Shown piece by piece: positions 24,151 through 37,989 of a DNA stretch of 64,000 nucleotides. Source of the stretch: Phoronis australis. Lineage: Eukaryota > Animalia > Phoronida. The stretch is from positions 144,473-208,472 of the forward strand of contig NMRA01000231.1 of assembly GCA_002633005.1 (NCBI GenBank), in the 5' to 3' direction. Positions within the stretch are counted from its first letter, which is position 1. Each line of letters starts with the position of its first letter. A model generated the notes under the pieces. It did no database searches. It was not told the DNA's origin and was given only the letters and a program-made list of their open reading frames with translations. A program made the translations under genes and the position numbers.

Positions 24151-27100
24151 TGTTGTTACGATTATTCAGTTATCAGGTGACCAACAAATTTTTAAAACAC
24201 CCAGACCATTTTGTTTTTTATTCTGGTTATTCTCGGTTCATTGCAATTCTCAAATAGTTTATTGAACTAGTGGTGAGCAGGTGTTCCCTAAATGTCTGTA
24301 GGACAGGGATCTGCCAGTTGCCCTGGAAGGCAGAACATTCATGAATCATACTTGGTATCAAGGTGGCACCAGTTCAACAAAAATTTGTGAACTATACTCG
24401 TCTGTAACGTTTTGCTAAGTTTTGCTGTTATGATTTATTTACTTCAAATGTTAATGCGTTAGTCGGACTTCACTATTTACTGATTATTGCGTAAAGATCT
24501 TGCATACATAAGGTGCTGTGTCAAGTTTCAGGTCAATTTAGAAATGTTAAAAAACAGTATTTAAGAATACTAGTAGAATAGTGAAAGTTACATGTGAAGG
24601 CTGTCAGAAGTTTGTGCGAGATAGTAAGTGTACATCCCATGGTTACAACTAATGTTGTGCCTGGACACAGCATTTCTATGGTGAGCCTTCTTTGTTTTGA
24701 TGTGCATTTGTCGCTGACCATTTGAAGTTAAGCTATCCGATTTAGTTTTTATGCATAGTGGTAGGTCCAGGCTGGTACTTCTGTGTGGTTTTCTGGTGTG
24801 TTGCAGCTATCAAACTTGTTTCATAGTTTATAGAGTAAATTTTTTAGTGTTCCTTGAAAGCGCAAGCAAGATTAGACTATTTCCTCTCGTTTTAATACAA
24901 AATGTGCAGTAATGAACGGGTGAAATGTTCCTTTAAGTGAACTGGAGAATCTGAAATGTTAGATATTTAAGGGTACATGTATTTTCGTATTTTTGTGGCT
25001 ATTACTTATCCCTGCGCTCTACTGTGAGCATTCACTGTTAGTCTTTGAGGTTATTGGCTCATTTGCATGTGCTTTTTGCTATGTTAAGCATATGCAAGTC
25101 ATGTGCTTGTGTTAAAGTTGTGAACTTCGTTCACATGCATATTTGATCTTCCAAGGCATCATCACGCTCTTATCCTTTGGTTGAATTTGAATTGGTTACA
25201 ACAAATCGCCTGGAATTAACCCTTCGTCCATACTGTCTGAAACTAACTCACCATGGCAACTAAGTTACCTAGGCTTTAAGTTAAACATGGGCATGGCAAG
25301 AAGTACTATTAAATGAAATTATTTCCAATCTGGGTAAGGAACTACATGTAGATGAATAAAGATTTTATGACAGCAACGGTAAGTGGCCCAAATCAAAGTT
25401 GATTTTTGGAAAAAGGCCCCATACAGTTGTTGCATTTAGGCCTATGCGCCTGTATTTGAAATGCTTTTTTCAAAAATCGGTTTGCGACGTGTACGGATGA
25501 TTTATCACAACCAGCTCAGCAGTTCAAATTTTCAGTGATCATTGTACCAAACTGTGCAATAGTTGAACATTATTGGTATTTATAATAGAATGGTGGGCTA
25601 ATTTTAATGTAAAATAATGAGTCTGGCAGCAGTTATATAAGCACGCCATGGATGTGCAGCATTTTGGTTAAATATTAAAAAAAACAGTCAATGGGCAGCA
25701 TTTCGGTATTCCAAAATGTGGCCATTGTACGATATCAATTTCTGGCCATAGCATACAGAAGAAGTGATGGTAGCGTTAACGACCACATTCATGTTTCTGC
25801 AGTTATTTCGCTTTATACCTGAGGCATCACCAGTGAGTGGCTTTCACTGTGGAGGTCTCCTTTACACATGCATTGGGTGTCTTCATCCTTTCTACGTAGC
25901 AATATAGTACAAGTGTTTGTTCCGTGGCATACCTAAGAGTTGTCTGCTGTTATGACATTTTTGAAAATTATAAATTTGTGAAAATTAAGAATTCAGTTCT
26001 TGTTTCCTTGAGATGCAAGTCATTGTTGCACTTTAAGAGGATACTAAACCCTGTTTCGTGATTTCAACCAATACTTGTTCTGCCTCATCTTAATGCAGCA
26101 TTGACGTTCCACTTGAGTGATAAAAGTAGAATTCAATCAAAAATTCAAACTCTCTATGTCCGACAGATGGAATATTATGATTCTTGGAGGCTGGTCGTTC
26201 CCTACGGGTGTCCTGTAAATCACCTAAACCATAGGTCATGTTTGCTCGTTTAGCAGACTTTGAAAGAAATTTTCAAATAGTTTTTTAAACATTTGAGGAC
26301 TGTCTATGGTTACAGTTCATTATTTTGTTTCAGAGGACGTGAACATTATTTTTTCTGTTAATAGGCCAACACCAGGTTTGATGCCTTTTTATTAGCTGAC
26401 GTGTAAGTGTGGTTAAAAACTGGTACCAAGCAGCTGCAAAAAGCAGTTTGTTGCAACCTCAGAATTGATGCTTGGGATTTATGCAGTAGCAATGTCACCC
26501 TGGCCATCACGTCAATGACAAATCCATTTTGAAGAAAGAAGACCAAACAGCAGTGGTATTAAAAGTATGAAATCTTATATTATGCAACATCTGACAGAGT
26601 ACTAAAACTAAATCCTACATAAAAGATTAACCCATTCCATTAATTTATAACAACTGCAAATTAATTGCCTGATATTCTAATTGCAGTTTTTCTCGAGTGA
26701 AACATCAAAATCATTCTATTGCACTAAATCATGTGAATATTTATAACACAGTATAATTCGTAACATAACACAAACTCTGGCAAAGAATTGATGGTCAACA
26801 TGCAAAAGTCGTAATATTCACTACAAGATTCCAATTGGCGAGGCCTTTACAAAAAATTTATGCGTAAAGCAACATTAGACAAAAGACATGGATTCAAGAC
26901 GCACAGAGCAACATCATCTGGAAGACTGCTCCACAAATAATGGCATACAGCATGCAATACAAAACAAATGGAATATTACTGTTTTCAAAACCATACAGGC
27001 ACCTGCATTGCAAAAAGCTACTGTCAGAGAAACCTTCAAAACATTGGTCCACCAATGTGTATATAGCTAGCTGTGGAAGCTTTAGCCAAAATATAACCTC

Positions 27101-29084
27101 AAGGAGTGACAACAAAGTTAGATTTACTATTTAACTATGTCCAGAGTTACCATTACATCGTTCTAATTAAAATGGCCATGTGTGCCTTCTACATGGATAG
27201 TACCCGAGAGTTTCACGACATCATGACACTGTGACATAAAGATCTTCCTTGAGTTTCATGACGAAGCCTGAATCCTTTCTAGCGTATACCAGCAGAAGGG
27301 CTACGCGAGACTGTTTAATCTTTTATGTAAACAACCTCAATAACTGAAGCATCATCTCGCTGTTTTGCGGGCAAAATATAATTTAATAGTCCTTTTATCT
27401 TAATAATACTAATCTCATAAAGCTTGCACTGATAGGATCATACTTCCACTACCAACAAAAAATAAATCCCCTTGTTTTATCTCTGTAAGTTGGAAGCCTG
27501 TCCCATTACTACTCTCCAGCAAATTTATTTGAGTCTGATCGGCAGTGCTTTGTAAATTCTCCAGAAAAGCAGACGTGGTTCTGGCCCGTTTTTTTTGCAA
27601 AAACAAAGTCCAGATTATTTTTAGTTGTTGACTTATTTAAAAAGAGAATTTACTTGAGATAAATATGATACAACATTCTTTTACTTGTCGCTCGGCAACT
27701 CATAGCATTTCAAACTTTTGCTTAAGTGCATTTATCCACCTCAGTTTTCAAAATAAACTGAACGATGTCAAAATTCCACGAAGTGTCGGTGCACAAATCC
27801 ACCACCAAACATCCATTTCCTTTCACATGGAACCAGTTTCAATTTTGACAAAATCTCAACAACATCTTGATTCATGTAGGTGTTGTTTCATGCACTTTCA
27901 TGAAATCGCACCAACTTACTGTCCAAGTCCATTCATAAACAAACAATTATGTTTACATGACAAAAATAATGATTTTATTGTTAAAAAACTGTACTGCAAA
28001 AAATGACCAGGTTATGACCATCACTCATATGAAATATCTTGAACCAGTTAGATACAATTTGTGCAAGTTTTACTGCCATCAACTGTCGCTGTACTTATAG
28101 ATGTTTATGATCGGTGAATGTAAATTCAGCACCTTTGCTCTTTCAATACCACGGAGACGAAATGAATTGTACGCCAGTTTTCAAGAAGGCCATAGATTTC
28201 AACTGAATTTATCTAACTTTGTCGAAGTTACGGCAAAAACCTGCAAGAAAACCAGAAGGAAATAAGTACTTCATAATTTACAAAATTAGCTAATTGAAAT
28301 ATTTTGCTTCAAAATTTAGTCGACTTTCTTTGCAGATTACTGTAAAAGCAACTTCTGACACAAAATCATACCGATTAAATAAACTTTATAGGTCAAGTTA
28401 TGCCACCTAATTAAAACATATTGCATGCAAAGGGATAATGGTACAAATACAACACAAGATGAAACTACTATAGGTTGAATTAGACTTTATACAATGCATT
28501 CTCAGCAACAAATTCTGACAAAGAATGCTGGAAATACCCACATAACTTTCACTGTGAATAAAATAAAAAATATATCAGGGTACATCCTTCACAGTGCCAT
28601 TACATACTTGTTTTCTCTCTCGACATCAACGCCAACTGGTCCACAGAGAAAATGATAACTCATTAATGATATTTGCAAATAACTAATTACCATAATTAAT
28701 TTGCCAATGACCCTCTGAAAATAAATTTGACAGTTTGAAATTTCCCTATCAAAATAGCACCAATAACCTTAAAGTCCTACAAACTAATACTGCAATAAAA
28801 GACATTGTATGATATAGAGTGGTCACATGAAACTAAATATTAAAACTCAACTGATGTGAATTCTCTTACTGTGACACTAAATATTTTAATAAGCGAATTC
28901 TATACAATCTTAACAACACTACACCGTACCATCCAAATATAATCCTGGGTAAAGAAATAACGCGGAACTGCAGGGGTACGTGACCATTGTACTTTATAAC
29001 TAGAGCATTCATTTTACCGACACTGCACAGCAGTGCCATAATTTGACAGGCATCAACAATAACTCGCACTACACCATACATAAC

Positions 29085-30031
29085 TCAATCTTCGTCATCA
29101 TCAGACTCCATATTATTCATTCCCATAGTGTCCTTGGAGTGATCATCAGGTTTATCCAGTTGCGAAACAGCACCAGAGGAAAAGATCAGGTTTTGCGGTA
29201 TAACTTTTAGACGGGCGCTGGGCCCATCTCCATCTTGTCCCCCACCCGATGGTTGGTCCGAGAATATCAAATTCTGAGGAATGGCTCGTGTCTGATTGTC
29301 CGGGGGAGAAGTGCCAGCACGGGAAGAAAAGATCAAGTTCTGCGGAATCAGCTTTAGGTTGGGGTTGGGCTTGGACGCTGTTGTGGCCACCACAGTGGAC
29401 GTCATCGGTAGGCTAAACAACTGTCGGGGAGTAGACATGGTCAGCTGATTTGTGGAGGTCTGTCCCGCAGTCTTTAACAGATCCATAGGAGATGATGAGT
29501 TGGTCCTGTTTGGAGGTGATGTATTGAGACCAGTAACCATGCTGAATGGCGAGGCTGACTGCAACACCTGAGGAGCGCTAGTCACTGAGTTCACCAAGAG
29601 GTGTCCTGGTAGGGTTGAAGGCGGGTTAATTCGTTTCTCCTTTTGACGACGATTGCAAAACCAAACACGAATCACCTCTTTCTCCATGTGAAGACTGTCT
29701 GACAACAAACTAATCTCCTCAGAGGTCGGTTTGGAGTTCTGAAGGAAGGCTTTCTCCAATGATACCCGTATGTTCGTGTCAATACTCGTTCTCTTCTTAC
29801 GACGTCGTCCCATTGGTTCTGTGGACATCGGTGAGCTAGCAGCGGCAGTTAGACTCGGTGGATTGGCAGTCATCGTGTCTGCGTCTTCCAGCCACTGCTG
29901 CAGGAGCGGTTTCAGCTTACACATGTTCTTGAAACTCAAGTTGAGCGCCTCGAACCGCGAGATTGTCGTCTGACTGAAATCATTGTTATACATCTTGCCC
30001 ATGGCGAGGCCAACATCTCCCTGAGTGAACC
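29085..30031 (-). CDS. POU2F1: POU2 terminal exon: rest of POU-specific domain, linker, homeodomain, C-terminal tail
   Basis: [44 protein letters not shown] and [21 protein letters not shown]...KPTSEEI...[22 protein letters not shown] are class II POU signatures. Acceptor tttgcag at 30033/30032. Confidence 0.97.
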
Positions 30032-30238
30032 CTGCAAAGAAGTAAAGACCGTGCATTAAACACTCCAATTCTAATGGCTAAGAAGGAACAACTGATGGAG
30101 AATAATCAATGAATCATTACAAAATGTCCGTTGTACAAAAACTGTGCACAATACAACTGTCATGAGGTACTACACTTGGATTGTTGATATTTTATTAATT
30201 AACAGCTCCTCACAATACGAAACTGTGGATGTGGCAAA

Positions 30239-30312
30239 AACAAATGACTAACTTAACAGTGGATCTTAGACTTAACAAATGACTAACTTAACAGTAGATC
30301 TTAGACTTAACA
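30239..30312. repeat. 35-bp tandem duplication
   Basis: aacaaatgactaacttaacagt(g/a)gatcttagactt x2. Confidence 0.9.
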
Positions 30313-31450
30313 TCTGACCATTTCATCAACGCTTCTTACCTTCATCAAAGTGTGAACAATGTGTAGGAAATTAAATGAAAACTGATAAATATTCTACGAC
30401 GTCGTATTAGTCTGTGGCTCTTAAAGGGAAACTATTGCTGAGAAAAATAATTTACAGAAATTAGCAGTGACGAGGAATGGAACTTACTAGGTTCACAAAA
30501 GCAGGCAAACGATCACATGCGTTAAGTAACACTGTATTTTAAATGTATTTAACCAATGAAGACACCAGCCTTGATTTTAGTGAATGCTTTGGTTGACAAT
30601 GACAATTATTAGGCAATTTGTAATAAAATCGCAAAAACACAACAGATTTTGTTGTTTTATAACTCTGGTTAAAGCTAATAACTTCCAAAAGTCCATCTCA
30701 TCCAACAACACCACAAAAATGTGTTTTTGGATTCAAAAACAAAAAATGCCAATTTAAATAAAAAAATCAGTGGGTGGGTGTCTAGCTGAGGATGCAGTTG
30801 GGAGCTACATTTAAGATAAGATAAATAAAACATGACAGCAGTCATATAAAACACACTAGTCGAGTATTGTATTGTACAACCTGAAAAGGCAAGGTACCGA
30901 CTGAAACTTGAGGCTGTTTATTACTTGAAGATGAGCAGAACAAAAATTGCAATGAGCTTTTCAGGGAAGTATCCATCATATAAATTTAGGCAGAGTGTGA
31001 TCACTTACAGAAATTCCGCATTTTGAGAACCAGTTTTGAACACTGACTAACAAATGCACAAACCCTGTTAAGTGACAATTAACGCGAGTGGTAAGTCAAA
31101 CATGGGCATGAACCCATAGAAATACAGTACATTAAGAAAGAATTCACAATATTGACGATATCACCATGCACTTATGTGAGTCATGAAAAAATGCGAACAA
31201 CAGCAGAGAAAACTTGAATAACTCTGGTATAATCTGTTTTCAAGTTTACACTACAACCAAACTGGGCTCAAGCAGATCCAGGACAACTTGTTCTAGCACA
31301 ACTTTTAATGTGAACTTAAATACCACAGCACAATTCGATAACAGTGTGTTCCACATTCGGACATACGTTTTTAACTCAACCCAATAGAAATACAATGGGA
31401 ACCACTGGGAGAAACTGATGCACAACTGACCTAAAAATGTAATAACATAC

Positions 31451-31532
31451 CAAGTTCAATTCGCCTCCGTTTGAAATTTTTAGCAAACTGTTCAAGCTCT
31501 TCCAAATCAATGTTCTCATCAACGGGTGGGGG
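31451..31532 (-). CDS. POU2F1: POU2 exon, start of POU-specific domain
   Basis: PPPVDENIDLEELEQFAKNFKRRRIEL(G); tttcag| ... g|gtatgt. Confidence 0.96.
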
Positions 31533-32166
31533 CTGAAATAATTAGCAGGGTGATTATACTCAAAGTATGTCAGCACAAATCTATTGATCTGCTCCGAGTT
31601 CATAGAGATACTACACTAGAAAACGACTTGCCGTTCCAAATTATGTGGCATCAAACAACTAATACTGGCGTGAGACAAACAAGAAGTCAACACATGCTGC
31701 GATCATTGTTGTCACTTTATTCCATGCCCGTACGCTCTATGTATCTGTCACCTTCAAACTATACACTTCAGTTTCACATAGTCAAAGTTTTTAATATTTT
31801 ACATAGTGTAACAACCTTTACACACAAGAAGTTATACTGCGTGAGGAATGAAAGCAGTTCCAACCAGTCTACAGGCACGCAACAATCATAGCCAGGCTTT
31901 TTAACTACTTTCAACATTAGCAATGTCACGACTGAACAACAAATGTTGAAGAACATTACAGAAATTTGTCTGCCTTCATAGAAATTTTGGCAAAAGCCCA
32001 AAAAGAAAACAGGCAAAAAATGAATCATTAGAAAATTAAGTCCTAGTTGTTGTAAAATTTCACCAGTTTTTGATTAGAGTATCTGGTTCACACTCCTGAA
32101 ACACAATTCAACTCACTTGTTGCAACTGTCATCAAGCTCAAGAGGTCAGATCAGAAGAAGTTTTAC

Positions 32167-32307
32167 CTGAAACTTCAAAACAGTCGACGCAGCCTGAGGT
32201 GTGGTGGTTGTAACGGCTGGTTGGGGCGGGGCTTGACTGATGGTGGGCGTGGCTAACACAATAGGTTGACTGGCACTGACAACTGCTGACTGCACTGGTA
32301 TGACATT
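32167..32307 (-). CDS. POU2F1: POU2 exon (S/T/P/Q-rich)
   Basis: NVIPVQSAVVSASQPIVLATPTISQAPPQPAVTTTTPQAASTVLKFQ, 141 nt, phase 0/0, cttcag| ... |gtaaaa. Confidence 0.85.
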
Positions 32308-32644
32308 CTGAAGAAATGAAAGAGAATCTCAAATTGATTGCTGCATAAAAACACACCCAATGAAGTGTACACTTCAAGCCATTTTCTGCGAACTACAGGC
32401 TCATCTCACTTTCATCACTTGCTAGTGAAGTAATGAAGAAAGCAACGTTATGTGGGGATAAAACTGTCACTAGCGCAAATTAGAATACAACAAAAACTAA
32501 CCCTAGCCTGAAAATACTGCATATTCTTTGCATTTACAGACCACATTTTACTCAAGACACTCAACTGCCCGACTGTAAGTAGGCACCTGAGAGCTAAAAA
32601 GCAAATGGATTCTTAATATGTTAAAAGCAATTAATGGTGCTTAC

Positions 32645-32902
32645 TGCTCCTTGAAGAAGAAATTGTGGCTGCCCGGTAACACTTGGTGGTTGAACCAAGA
32701 GTACCTGTGGCATGGCGGTCTGTGCAACCAGGCTTGGCTGTGTGAAGAGTGATTGTGTCTGATTGGTTGACTGACTAGATGAGCTCACACTGCTCAGGGC
32801 TTGTTGGATCAGCTGTTGCTGATTGGCCACGGCCTGCAGCTGCTGCTGTAGCTGTTGGAGGTCTTGCGCTGTGAATGTGACACCAGAGGGCAGACCAGCA
32901 AC
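32645..32902 (-). CDS. POU2F1: POU2 exon (Gln-rich activation region)
   Basis: VAGLPSGVTFTAQDLQQLQQQLQ...QVLLVQP...QPQFLLQGA resembles the Oct-1 Q-rich region. 258 nt, phase 0/0. Confidence 0.88.
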
Positions 32903-33629
32903 CTGAAGATAGGAAAAGGTTAAAGCCATATTTCACCTTCTTTAGCTTCTAAAAATGTGGGCCTTTTACTACTAACAAGAGCATCAAAACCATCAGCTAT
33001 TTCAAGAAAACACTTCAGAGTTTAATGTGATTGGCGCATGTCTTTATGGCCTGTGACTTGAGATTCACACTCATTCAACAGTGACTCAAAATGCGATGAG
33101 CGCGGAAATGGTTTTAAACTCCTAAGTGCCTTGGTTAAGAATTCAACATCTACACCTAAACTGCGGCAAAATGCCTTTTAAGAGTCAGTTGTTTTATGAC
33201 AAGTAAGACCAAAGACGCAAGTTGAAAATTAATAAAATTAATACATCTATTCTGTGGTATCAGCATTTTGAAAACGCTAATAAGGGTTAGAATTGCAAAA
33301 ACAACTCCACATGTTACCAACAAGGTAACAAACTATCAGAAAACTCATAATTAACACTTTCGAATTGCTTAGTGACTTCTAGTGGTGGGGAATGAAGCTA
33401 TGAATCTCTTTCTTCAATTGACATTTGTAACACAGAACAAATACAATAAAAACAACAGCAGCTACCAAGCTTATCACAGGACAAGCGCAGGATTGCAGAA
33501 AACTTTCACTCACTGGATAACTTTTAATTAACACAAAACACAGAGCCTAATTTAATAATGGTTACAAGTAGGCAATGAAGTCAAATCACCAACTGTTGAC
33601 AGGAACGTAGCCATTTGCAACACGCCTTA

Positions 33630-33845
33630 AGTGTGGAACCCCCTCGCACCCACAGACTTGTCACTAAATGAGTGACTGAGTTTGAAACCCCCTTGCAGTT
33701 ACAGGCTATTCCCTTAACTCCAGAATGACCAAGCGTGGAACCCCTTGCATTCACAACCTAGTCCCTTATTTGTAGAATCACTGTGTAGAGCCTCCTCGCA
33801 GTTACAGACTAGTTCCTTAACTGTAGAATCACTAAGCGTGAAACG
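33630..33845. repeat. Degenerate ~52-55-bp tandem repeat x ~4
   Basis: Recurring aagcgtggaaccccct(c/t)gca(g/t)t(t/c)acagactagt(c/t)ccttaact.agaat units. Confidence 0.8.
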
Positions 33846-34472
33846 GTTGCGACCAGGAATCACAGCAACTACAAGACGCCAGGTGTGGACACCAATGTGA
33901 CAACAACATGATTGGCAGAAGGAAATGACTCAATGAGTCAGCAATGCGACAGCGTGTCAACACTTGTTGCCCAACAGGCTGTCTGTCGCGTGACAGTTGT
34001 ACCGCACGCATATCCCTGAGAGAGGATAGGCCTGATGGAGATGGTTTTTAAAAATCAATATTTTAACAAACGTACAAAGCACGCTGGTGGTGAGGAAATA
34101 AAAGGCCAGTACCTACTTACAAAATTTGCTATTTATGATTCTGCAGAAATATGCTGGTATGCTTTGAAAATATGTTAAAATATGTTAAAGATGATCCCCA
34201 CCTGCAATACAGTACAAACTAAAAGAACTGGGACAAAACACTACTTCTCATACTCTGATAGCGAATTCCGCTTGCACTCAGCCATCATGACAGGGAATTG
34301 TGGGACTCTCTCTGTTTATTTTTCATCCGTACCCTATTTGCATCATATGGTCGGTCGAGAACTGGAGATCACACAAGACTTGGACCCATATCGCCTTTCA
34401 TTGCAGGCAACACGCGATTACACTAGCTTTACACAAAACGGTTGCGTATGTGGAACAAAGCTGAGTACTCAC

Positions 34473-34616
34473 TGGAGGACCGAACTGGTTCTGAATGATG
34501 AATCCTGGCTGGGTAGGCTGTGAGGGCAGGCTGACCGTTGAGACTGTTTGGTGGGCAGGCAGGGGTACAGCCTGGGTCTGGCTCTGTACATTAGTACCAC
34601 CCTGAACAGCTGTTGT
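34473..34616 (-). CDS. POU2F1: POU2 exon (Q/T/P-rich)
   Basis: TTAVQGGTNVQSQTQAVPLPAHQ...QPGFIIQNQFGPP, 144 nt, ttgcag| ... |gtgagt. Confidence 0.8.
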
Positions 34617-34949
34617 CTGCAACCGAAGAGGATATTGCTTCATTATTTACAGCAATTCTTCACTTATTTAGTACACGATGTGGAAAACAAGGTGAAATTC
34701 AACTTTGTCAAATTTCTTCACAAAAATGGATGTTAAGAGAATTTTAGTCTATTTAGTCTATTACTGGTATGGTTTGTACTGAGAAGTGAGAAGTTGTCAT
34801 AAAATAACATTTGGTAAAGTTTCCATTATTTGCAGCAAAGTAATCAGCATTTAAAAATAGAAATATTACAAGTTTGGCAACTTTTGTATTGCGAAATAAG
34901 TGGCGAATCACGGTAACTCTCCAAACCTTGTTTAATAGACAAGATACCC

Positions 34950-35032
34950 CTGACAGTACCACTGGCAGTACCACTGGTAGTACCATTATTGGCAGTATCA
35001 GTGACAGCACCACTGGTAGTACCACTGACAGT
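34950..35032. repeat. 12-bp minisatellite (ctgRYagtacca)
   Basis: About 6-7 degenerate tandem copies. Confidence 0.85.
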
Positions 35033-35817
35033 TCTTTGGTTTGGTACAAAATAATAATTATTACTAATATGGAATTTTGTACACTAAGCCTAGCTACTAC
35101 ATTCTAGCAAATAGTCATTACCAAAATTTTATCAAATAGTATTTAGTGACACCTATACCAAACAAAATCATGTTAATGAGAAACCAGTTCTTAACATTTA
35201 CTTTGTTTAGAGATGTAAGAAAATAATATATCACTTTTCTGTCACATTGAGTCCAAAAAGAATTTTCACCATATTCTAATTCACACACACTGAGTTCGTC
35301 GACAATTTTCCATTTATAAACGACAATCTTATTAGACTGCTTAAGAATTCCTGATAAGTCACAACCGCTTAAATTTATCAAATGTTTTTAAAACCAATGC
35401 ATTTGCAAGTCAAAAATACTCTACAAATACTTCTCACTATATCCAATGAACTGTGGTTGACTTTTCTGCTTGCTTAGCACATTCTTATTTTTTTAAATCA
35501 TTGTGTCAAATCAAAGAACCTTTGTCTGAATTCAAATTGGAAGTTGTTAAAAGCCCACACAGTCACTTTGTAAAAACATAACAGTTGTAGGACACAAAGC
35601 ATGTAATTCTAACCTGTTAAGAAATGCCGCACTATATGGCACTAAACACATATAAATAAGAAAATCTTAATCAGCTCATCTGGCACTGAGTAGATGGAAC
35701 AAACCACATTTGGTAAAATTTCCATTTTTATAGTATGGTAATCATTAGACAATTTAGGCACATAATTCATGAGAATTACCATGTTATTGCTAGCAAACTT
35801 AAATACCAACTTAAGCA

Positions 35818-35870
35818 GTGTGTGTGTGTGTGTGCGTGCGTGCGTGCGTGTGTGTGTGTGTGTGCGTGTG
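35818..35870. repeat. (TG)n/(TGCG)n compound microsatellite
   Basis: Direct reading; alternating purine-pyrimidine tract. Confidence 0.97.
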
Positions 35871-36429
35871 CTGTAATGTTGGCTTCTTAGGCGACAAAAA
35901 GGAAAGTATTGTCGTGAATGTGCTCACTGACACCATAATTTGAAACTGGCAGTCTCATTGAATCTGTGAGTCAATTAATGATTTTGCTATTATGATAAAA
36001 TTTCACCTATTCATTGTTCCAACAAGCAGAAACATATTTTCAACTTTTTTCCTGAAACATGCAAATAATCTCTTCAAATTTTCAACCACAGTACCATTAA
36101 ACAAAATTTTGAAAAGTTGTGGGCATTCAAAAACAGAAACCATTGAAATAGGAAAAATGACTTTTTTAAAATTGTTTTGTCCGAAATTAATGACATTTTA
36201 CCGTACCTACAAACACGGGGAGTAGACGTCTGCGTTGTTGCCAGGTACATTTAGTAGAATTTAAAAGAAATTGAGAAATTAAGTCAGAGTTTGTTACGCA
36301 TCAACATAATTACTTAAAAATCTGAAATAAAAGTAACGGTAAAATATAAAAGAAATTAAACGGTCCAATTCAATTACTACCTTTAAAGTAAATATTAAAA
36401 AGTGGCTGTAATTTACTTGACCTTTTATA

Positions 36430-36742
36430 CCCTGACTGTCTTAATCATGTCATTTTTTCATTGTCGTAAACACTCTCACTGTCTAGAATCATCTCTTAAT
36501 TTATTTCATCTGTCTTAGTTAAATTTTTACAATTATTTGTCAATTAGTTATCGTCTTAATTCTCAACCTGTTTTAATTGTATCTTTGTTACGTATATTTC
36601 ATTGTTGTTTTATTACTTCATTGTATTATATTACTGTTTTTCTTGTTGAGGGCCCTCTTGGAAAGCAGTGCTATCACTGAAGTGGCCACCCTCATTTTAA
36701 ATATCACAATAATAAATAAATAAATAAATAAATAAATAAAAA
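36430..36742 (+). mobile_element. 5'-truncated LINE/SINE 3' end with (AATA)n tail
   Basis: T-rich 3'UTR-like tract, then a stem-loop-like gagggccctcttggaaagcagtg...cactgaagtggccaccctc, then an (aata)n tail. Typical of CR1/L2-type 3' ends. Confidence 0.55.
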
Positions 36743-37989
36743 ATAGCCAAACAATATTGATTCAGAACTTTTATCAGTATTTTTTATCACCAGATATTTG
36801 TCACTTTTTAGGAAAGTGTTACACAAAAGTTGAGTACAAGCGTACCAGAAACATGGAATTGTGGGAGATCAGTGGCAAACAATTTTTACCAAATTTTTGC
36901 ACAATCAATATTTCTAAGTCAAATTTCAAGCAATACCATTTCAAATTGAACCTTCTTTCGTGTATTATGTTTACCACAGGATCTTAGAGTATTAAGACAG
37001 CGTTTATTTTTCTAGATTAACATACTGAGACAACAGGTAGAGTGTTTTAATATTTACTTATTCAACTAGCAACAGGAGATAGCCACTGTTTTTAAGTAGC
37101 TTGCCACTTGGAGCTTTGAAGTTCAGGTTCACCACACTCACAGAAGTGCAGTTTTGCAGAAAAAAGTGTACTGAAATCCCAACAGAAACTAATGTGCTTC
37201 AATGACCTTCAATGACCTTCAATGTTTATACTATTAAATTAAATATTAAGGCAAAATGAGAGTGTCCGGTAATTCCGATGACATGAAAAAATAGTATAGT
37301 TAAAACTGAGAAAAAAGTATTCATTTTCAACCCGGAACCACGTGGGGACTTGACAAAACAAAATGTCTAAGGAGCTGCTTTTGAAAACCCATTCATTCAT
37401 ACAACTTAAGTTTAGTAAATACATTGTGTTCAAAATTTAGACAGGTTTAACTGCCTCCACATATTCAAAAACATCACTTTGGTTTCCTCAACATCAATTG
37501 CATCTCCAGCCATTTGTAACTTTGAATATGCACACTCCACAATTCCTGCCTACAACTTCCACCTTGCCACCTTTTCAGGGTTGTGTGTGTGTAAGTGGCC
37601 AGTTGACACCTATGGTCTTGTAGCATGTCAGCTTGCGCCACGTCATGGTTAATGTCTAAACAGGGCTTGTGACAGTCCGCATTATCACATGTAAAAACAC
37701 GCCTGAACGCTTTAATGCTTTTGCAAGCTACAACAACCCTCAGCTCAATGAATAACCAACAACTTTGCCTACTTTGCAGGTGTAAACAGCTATCAGTGCA
37801 TGCTAGCTAGTCAGTACTTGCACTAGTTGTTATGCAGAAAAATGGATTAAGTTAGACGTTATTGAAAAGTTTGTGGACTTAGCCAAATACCTACAAAACT
37901 ATTGAATTTGTCAATGAAAGTAAATACTTTCTGAAAAGACAAGGCGTCTAGAATTTCATTTTTGACTTTATACCAATCACCTGCCAGTA

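Noticed and set aside
37196-37226. TGACCT direct repeat (DR4-like)
   Set aside because: It is explained by a simple 10-bp tandem triplication (cttcaatgac).
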